NCBI GenBank assembly: GCA_031372565.1
Contig: JANMLN010000076.1
Span: 1-23,391, forward strand
Direction of reading: 5' to 3'
DNA length: 23,391 nucleotides
Origin: Gemmatimonadota bacterium
GTDB lineage: Bacteria; Gemmatimonadota; Gemmatimonadetes; Gemmatimonadales; Gemmatimonadaceae
A model generated the notes under the pieces. That model was not told the DNA's origin, ran no database searches, and saw nothing but the letters and a program-made list of their open reading frames with translations. Positions 19,051 to 23,391 of this stretch are shown in pieces. The translations under genes were made by a program, and so were the position numbers. Each line of letters begins with the position of its first letter. Within the stretch, counting starts at the first letter, position 1.

Positions 19051-20838
19051 GTGGCCCGCATCGCCGTTCTCCCCAGCACTGTCGCCGACCAGATCGCCGC
19101 GGGCGAAGTGGTCGAGCGTCCCGCGTCAGTCGCCAAGGAACTCGTCGAGAACGCGCTCGATGCTGGGGCGACCACGATCGACATCACGATCGAGGACGGC
19201 GGCCGTACCCTCGTGACGGTGGCCGACGATGGGTCCGGCATGGACCGCGAGGATGCGCTGCTCGCGCTCACGCGTCACGCCACGTCGAAGATCCACAGCG
19301 CGCAGGACCTCGTCGGCGTCGCGAGCTTCGGGTTTCGCGGTGAGGCATTGCCCGCCATCGCCTCCGTGTCGGAGCTCGAGTTGGAAACAGCAACGCAGGA
19401 TGGCGCGGGGACCCGCGTGCGTTCCGCGTGGGGCGACGTGGCCGCGGTGGAGGAGGTCGCCCGTCGGCGCGGTACCACCGTGCACGTGCGCGGACTCTTT
19501 TCCAACGCACCTGCGCGGCTGACGTTCCTCAAGGGCTCGCGATCGGAATGGCGCGCGCTCGCCGATCAGGTCACGACCATCGCGCTGACACGTCGTGACG
19601 TGCGCCTGTCGCTCACGCACGATGGGCGCTCGGTCCTGGCGTTGCCACCGGCGTCGTCGATGCGCGCACGCCTGGCCGCGGTCTGGGGAGGCAAGTACGC
19701 GGAGTCGTTCGTCGACGTGGATGATGTCTGGGGGCCGACGCACGTGCGCGGCCTCGTCGAGCGTCCGGTCGACGTGGGGACGCGTGCGCGGCGCGTGCAC
19801 GTCGTGGTCAATGGTCGCGCGGTCCGCGACACCGGCCTCGTTCGGGCAGCGGAGGCGGCGTATCGGTCCACCATCCCCGCAGGCGTGCGCCCCTCGCTCT
19901 TTCTCGAGCTGACGGTGCCCGGCGAACTGGTCGACGTGAACGTGCATCCAGCCAAGGCCGAAGTGCGCTTTCGCGATCGCTGGCCGGTGGAGCGCACCGT
20001 TGAGCAGGCGGTCCGTCGCGCGCTGGGCACAGTGGACGCTGCCGCCGGCCTCGGTGCGCGGCAGTGGGGCGGCATGTCGCTGAGTCAACTCGCAGCACCC
20101 GCCGTGGACACGGCGCTGCTCGTGTCGCCGTCACCGGCGGCCGACACCCCGCTCTTCGACGTGTCTGCCGGCGCCTGGAGCGGCGAGCCGTCCTCGGCCG
20201 ACGGTGCGCCGAGCGACGTCGCCTCCGGCGCGCCAGCGATCGCCGCGCCGCGTGCGAGCGACGAGGTGGTCGTGCCGCCGCTCCTCCAGCTGCGTCGCAC
20301 GTGGATGATGTTCGAGCGCGAGGATGGCATGGTGCTCATCGACCAGCATTCGGCGCATGAGCGCGTGCTGTTCGAGGAGTTTCTGGGGGCACTCACGGGA
20401 GGCGGTGCTCCGGCGCAGCGCCTGCTGCTGCCACTCACGGTTCATCTGGGTGCGGCCGAGGCCGAGGCCTTCGACGAGAATCGTGCCGCGCTCGAGCGGC
20501 TCGGCTACGAGATCGAGGGCTTCGGTGCGCACACGTTGCTGGTGCGCGCGGTGCCGATGCCGCATCCGCGCTTTGATGCCGAGCGGTGCCTCCGCGATAC
20601 GCTCGACGCGCTCACCGGTGATCGCGAAGCGGGAAGTGCCGCCAAGCACGAACGACTCGCCGCCACGGTCGCGTGCAAGGCGGCCGTGAAGGCGGGTGAC
20701 GTGCTCTCGCAGGCGGAGATGCGCGCGTTGTTCGTCTCGTTGGCGCGCACCACGCTCCCCGCACACGACGTGCACGGCCGCGCCACGATCGTGCACCTGG
20801 GCTGGGACGAGCTCGAGCGCCGCTTTGGCCGTCGCTAG
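19051..20838 (+). CDS. mutL: DNA mismatch repair endonuclease MutL
   Basis: QIAAGEVVERPASVAKELVENALDAGA, HATSKI, SFGFRGEAL, DVNVHPAKAEVRF, DQHSAHERVLFE and ACKAAVKAG. Confidence 0.97.
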   Translation: MARIAVLPSTVADQIAAGEVVERPASVAKELVENALDAGATTIDITIEDGGRTLVTVADDGSGMDREDALLALTRHATSKIHSAQDLVGVASFGFRGEALPAIASVSELELETATQDGAGTRVRSAWGDVAAVEEVARRRGTTVHVRGLFSNAPARLTFLKGSRSEWRALADQVTTIALTRRDVRLSLTHDGRSVLALPPASSMRARLAAVWGGKYAESFVDVDDVWGPTHVRGLVERPVDVGTRARRVHVVVNGRAVRDTGLVRAAEAAYRSTIPAGVRPSLFLELTVPGELVDVNVHPAKAEVRFRDRWPVERTVEQAVRRALGTVDAAAGLGARQWGGMSLSQLAAPAVDTALLVSPSPAADTPLFDVSAGAWSGEPSSADGAPSDVASGAPAIAAPRASDEVVVPPLLQLRRTWMMFEREDGMVLIDQHSAHERVLFEEFLGALTGGGAPAQRLLLPLTVHLGAAEAEAFDENRAALERLGYEIEGFGAHTLLVRAVPMPHPRFDAERCLRDTLDALTGDREAGSAAKHERLAATVACKAAVKAGDVLSQAEMRALFVSLARTTLPAHDVHGRATIVHLGWDELERRFGRR

Positions 20839-21742
20839 CCTCGCGGTCATCACCGGGCCGACGGCCGCAGGCAAGTCGGCGCTCGCGATGGCGCTCGCCG
20901 AGCGCGCCGGCGCGGTGATCGTGAGCGCCGACTCGCGGCAGGTGTATGCGGGGTTCGACATCGGGACGGCGAAGCCCGCACGGGCAGAGCGTGCGCGCGT
21001 CGCGCACCTGGGGCTCGACGTCGCTCCGCCAAGCGAGCGGTGGAGTGCCGCGCGCTGGGCCGACGCCGCGACGAGGTGGATCGAGGACGCGCGAGCGGCC
21101 GGTCGCCCCGTGATCGTGGTGGGCGGCACCGGCTTCTATGTGCAGGCGCTGGTCGCACCGCTTGCGGCAGCGCCAGCGCTCGATCCGGAACGGCGTGCGG
21201 CGCTCGAGGCGCTCCTGCGCGACTGGCCAACGGCCGAACTTCGCCGCTGGACCGAACGGCTCGATCCCGTGCGCGCGCAGCTGGGGCGCACACAGCTGCT
21301 GCGCGCCGTCGAAACGGCGCTGCTCGCCGGCCAGCGGCTTTCCGACAGCTTCGTGACGCCGAGTGCCGTGGCTCGGTGGTCCGCACGATATCTTCTGGTC
21401 GATCCGGGACCGGTACTGGCCGCCCGGATTTCGGCGCGAGTGGACGACATGTTGGCGGCGGGCTGGCTCGACGAAGTGCGCACGTTGCTGCGGGAGGTGG
21501 ACCCGGCGGCCCCCGCTTGGAACGCCTGTGGGTATGCGGCGCTGCGGGCGCACGTGGCCGGCACGCTGTCCTTGTCGGCCGCCCGGGAGCAGGTGATCAT
21601 CGCGACGCGCCAGTACGCGAAGCGTCAACGGACGTGGATGCGACACCAATTGCCGCCAGAGACCGTCACGCGGCTCGACCCGGCGACCCCTGATGCGCTC
21701 GAGCGCGCCTGGGACTGGTGGCGCGCAGGAGACTCGCGATGA
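20825..21742 (+). CDS. miaA: tRNA dimethylallyltransferase
   Basis: P-loop GPTAAGKS, SADSRQVY.GFDIGTAKP, VGGTGFY and TRQYAKRQRTW. TTG start at 20825 is inferred and overlaps the end of mutL. Confidence 0.95.
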   Translation: MAVASLAVITGPTAAGKSALAMALAERAGAVIVSADSRQVYAGFDIGTAKPARAERARVAHLGLDVAPPSERWSAARWADAATRWIEDARAAGRPVIVVGGTGFYVQALVAPLAAAPALDPERRAALEALLRDWPTAELRRWTERLDPVRAQLGRTQLLRAVETALLAGQRLSDSFVTPSAVARWSARYLLVDPGPVLAARISARVDDMLAAGWLDEVRTLLREVDPAAPAWNACGYAALRAHVAGTLSLSAAREQVIIATRQYAKRQRTWMRHQLPPETVTRLDPATPDALERAWDWWRAGDSR

Positions 21743-22872
21743 AGATCGGCATCACCTGTTATCCGACATACGGTGGATCCGGCGCCGTGGCGACCGAGCT
21801 GGGCATCGCGCTCGCCGCGCGCGGCCACGAAGTGCATTTCGTCACGTACAAGCAGCCGTTCCGCCTCCCGAACTTCGTGCCGCGGATCTTCTTCCACGAA
21901 GTGGATGTGGGCCGCTATCCGTTGTTCGAGTATCCGCCGTATGACCTCGCGCTGGCCGTGCGCATGCACGAGGTGGTCCTGAGCCACAAGCTCGACCTGC
22001 TGCACGTGCACTACGCCATCCCGCACGCGACGAGCGCCTGGATTGCGCGCGAGATGTTGCGCGAGAACGGGCACGACATCCCGATCGTCACCACGCTGCA
22101 CGGCACCGACATCACGATCGTCGGGCAGGATCCCTCGTTCCACGCCATCACCAAGTTCTCGATCGAGCGATCCGACCGGATCACTGCGGTCTCGGAGTTC
22201 CTGCGGTTGGAGACGATCCGCGCATTCGGGTGCACCCGATGCGACGTGCAGGTCATTCCGAACTTCATCGATCCCACGGTGTTCAACCGCGCGACGTACG
22301 GCCCCGCCCTGCACGCGGAGTTGGGCGGTGGACGTCGCGTGCTCATGCACATCTCGAACTTCCGCCCCGTCAAGCGCGTGCGCGACATCGTGCAGGCGTT
22401 CGCGCAGGTCCGGGCGCAGGTGCCGAGCGTGCTGGTGATGGTGGGCGACGGCCCCGATCGCGTGCTGGCGGAGGAAGAGGCGCGAACGCTGGGCGTCGAC
22501 GCCGACGTCTTCTTCCTCGGCAAGATCGACGCCGTGGCGCCATTGCTCGCTGCCGCCGACCTCTTCCTCATTCCGACCGACCGCGAGTCGTTCGGCCTCT
22601 CGGCCCTCGAAGCGCAGGCCTCCGCCGTGCCCGTCATCGGCTATGCCGTCGGCGGACTACCTGAGGTGGTCGAGCACGGCGTGACCGGCATGCTGCACGA
22701 CGTCGGCGACGTGACCGGCATGGCGCAGTCGGCCGTCGAACTGCTGCGCGACGACGCACGATGGCGTGCCATGGGTGCGGCGGCCGTCGAGCGCGCGCGC
22801 GCACGCTTTGACCAGGACACGATCGTGGCTCGCTACGAGGCGCTGTACGCCGGCGCTCTCGCCAACGCCTAG
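21739..22872 (+). CDS. bshA: N-acetyl-alpha-D-glucosaminyl L-malate synthase (GT4 family, bacillithiol biosynthesis)
   Basis: MKIGITCYPTYGGSGAVATELG, YPLFEYPPY, HVHYAIPHA, TTLHGTDIT, HISNFRPVKR and ESFGLSALEA. AGGAG RBS and ATGA overlap with miaA. Confidence 0.94.
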   Translation: MKIGITCYPTYGGSGAVATELGIALAARGHEVHFVTYKQPFRLPNFVPRIFFHEVDVGRYPLFEYPPYDLALAVRMHEVVLSHKLDLLHVHYAIPHATSAWIAREMLRENGHDIPIVTTLHGTDITIVGQDPSFHAITKFSIERSDRITAVSEFLRLETIRAFGCTRCDVQVIPNFIDPTVFNRATYGPALHAELGGGRRVLMHISNFRPVKRVRDIVQAFAQVRAQVPSVLVMVGDGPDRVLAEEEARTLGVDADVFFLGKIDAVAPLLAAADLFLIPTDRESFGLSALEAQASAVPVIGYAVGGLPEVVEHGVTGMLHDVGDVTGMAQSAVELLRDDARWRAMGAAAVERARARFDQDTIVARYEALYAGALANA

Positions 22873-22890
22873 GGAATCTTTCGGAACCAC

Positions 22891-23391
22891 ATGGATATTC
22901 TGCATGCCCTTGTCCTCGGCATCCTGCAAGGGCTGACCGAGTTTCTGCCCGTGTCGAGTTCGGCGCATCTCTCGCTCGCGCCCTGGATCCTCGGCTGGGA
23001 CGATCCCGGTCTCGCCTTCGACGTGGCGCTGCACCTTGGCACGCTCGTGGCGGTGCTCTGGTACTTTCGCGTGGAGTGGATCTCGCTGGCGGGCGCCACC
23101 GTCGATATCGCGCGGACGCGACGCATCGATTCGCCAGCCAAGCGGCAGGTCGTCTACCTCGTGATCGCCACGATTCCCGGTGGCGTGGCAGGGCTGCTGC
23201 TCAACTAGCTCGCCGAGGAGGTCTTTCGCGCGCCGCAGCTCACGGCGGTCGCGCTGATCGTCATGGGGACGCTGCTTTGGGCCGTGGACAGGTTCGCGCC
23301 GCAGGACCGCGCGCTCGAGTCGGTCGGGTGGCGTGATGCGCTGCTCCTCGGGTGCGCACAGATGTTCGCGCTCATTCCGGGTGTCTCGCGC
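22891..23391 (+). pseudogene. uppP: Undecaprenyl-diphosphate phosphatase (UppP/BacA) interrupted by an in-frame TAG at 23206-23208; 3' end outside window. Either a pseudogene or a sequence error.
   Basis: QGLTEFLPVSSSAHL, FDVALHLGT and ATIPGG lie before the stop. The same frame continues LAEEVFRAPQLTAVALIVMGTLLWAVDR...DALLLGCAQMFALIPGVSR, which contains the second UppP motif PGxSR. Gene identity is secure, but pseudogene status is not. Confidence 0.7.

Noticed and set aside
23206..23208. Genome-wide TAG reassignment or pyrrolysine usage
   Set aside because: Five genes in the window end at TAG, including ahcY, mutL and rpsT at their expected C-termini, and no pyl genes are visible.

Overview
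This is a GC-rich bacterial chromosomal segment made mostly of housekeeping genes. Gene content and order suggest Gemmatimonadota, which is an inference. In order it holds: ahcY (5'-truncated by the window edge); a convergent alpha/beta hydrolase; pyrR-pyrB-pyrC; a coiled-coil/Pro-Ala/zinc-ribbon hypothetical coupled to a D-aminoacylase-family amidohydrolase; and rpsT on the minus strand. A ~14.7 kb tightly packed + strand run follows: site-2 protease, scpA, scpB, rluB, a MoxR/DUF58/vWA/TPR (Bat-type) cluster with apparent BatB-BatC and BatD-BatE fusions, mutL, miaA, bshA and uppP. I see no mobile element, CRISPR array or RNA gene, and nothing that is clearly a new system. The most notable oddities are: (1) an in-frame TAG in the middle of an otherwise intact uppP; (2) a structured rpsT leader with a second in-frame ATG behind a perfect Shine-Dalgarno, downstream of a promoter whose spacer is a dyad; (3) a MutL whose CPHGRP zinc motif reads DVHGRA; (4) REP-like repeats in the intergenic regions, including a 36-bp tandem where a PyrR attenuator would be expected; and (5) an uncharacterised zinc-ribbon protein.
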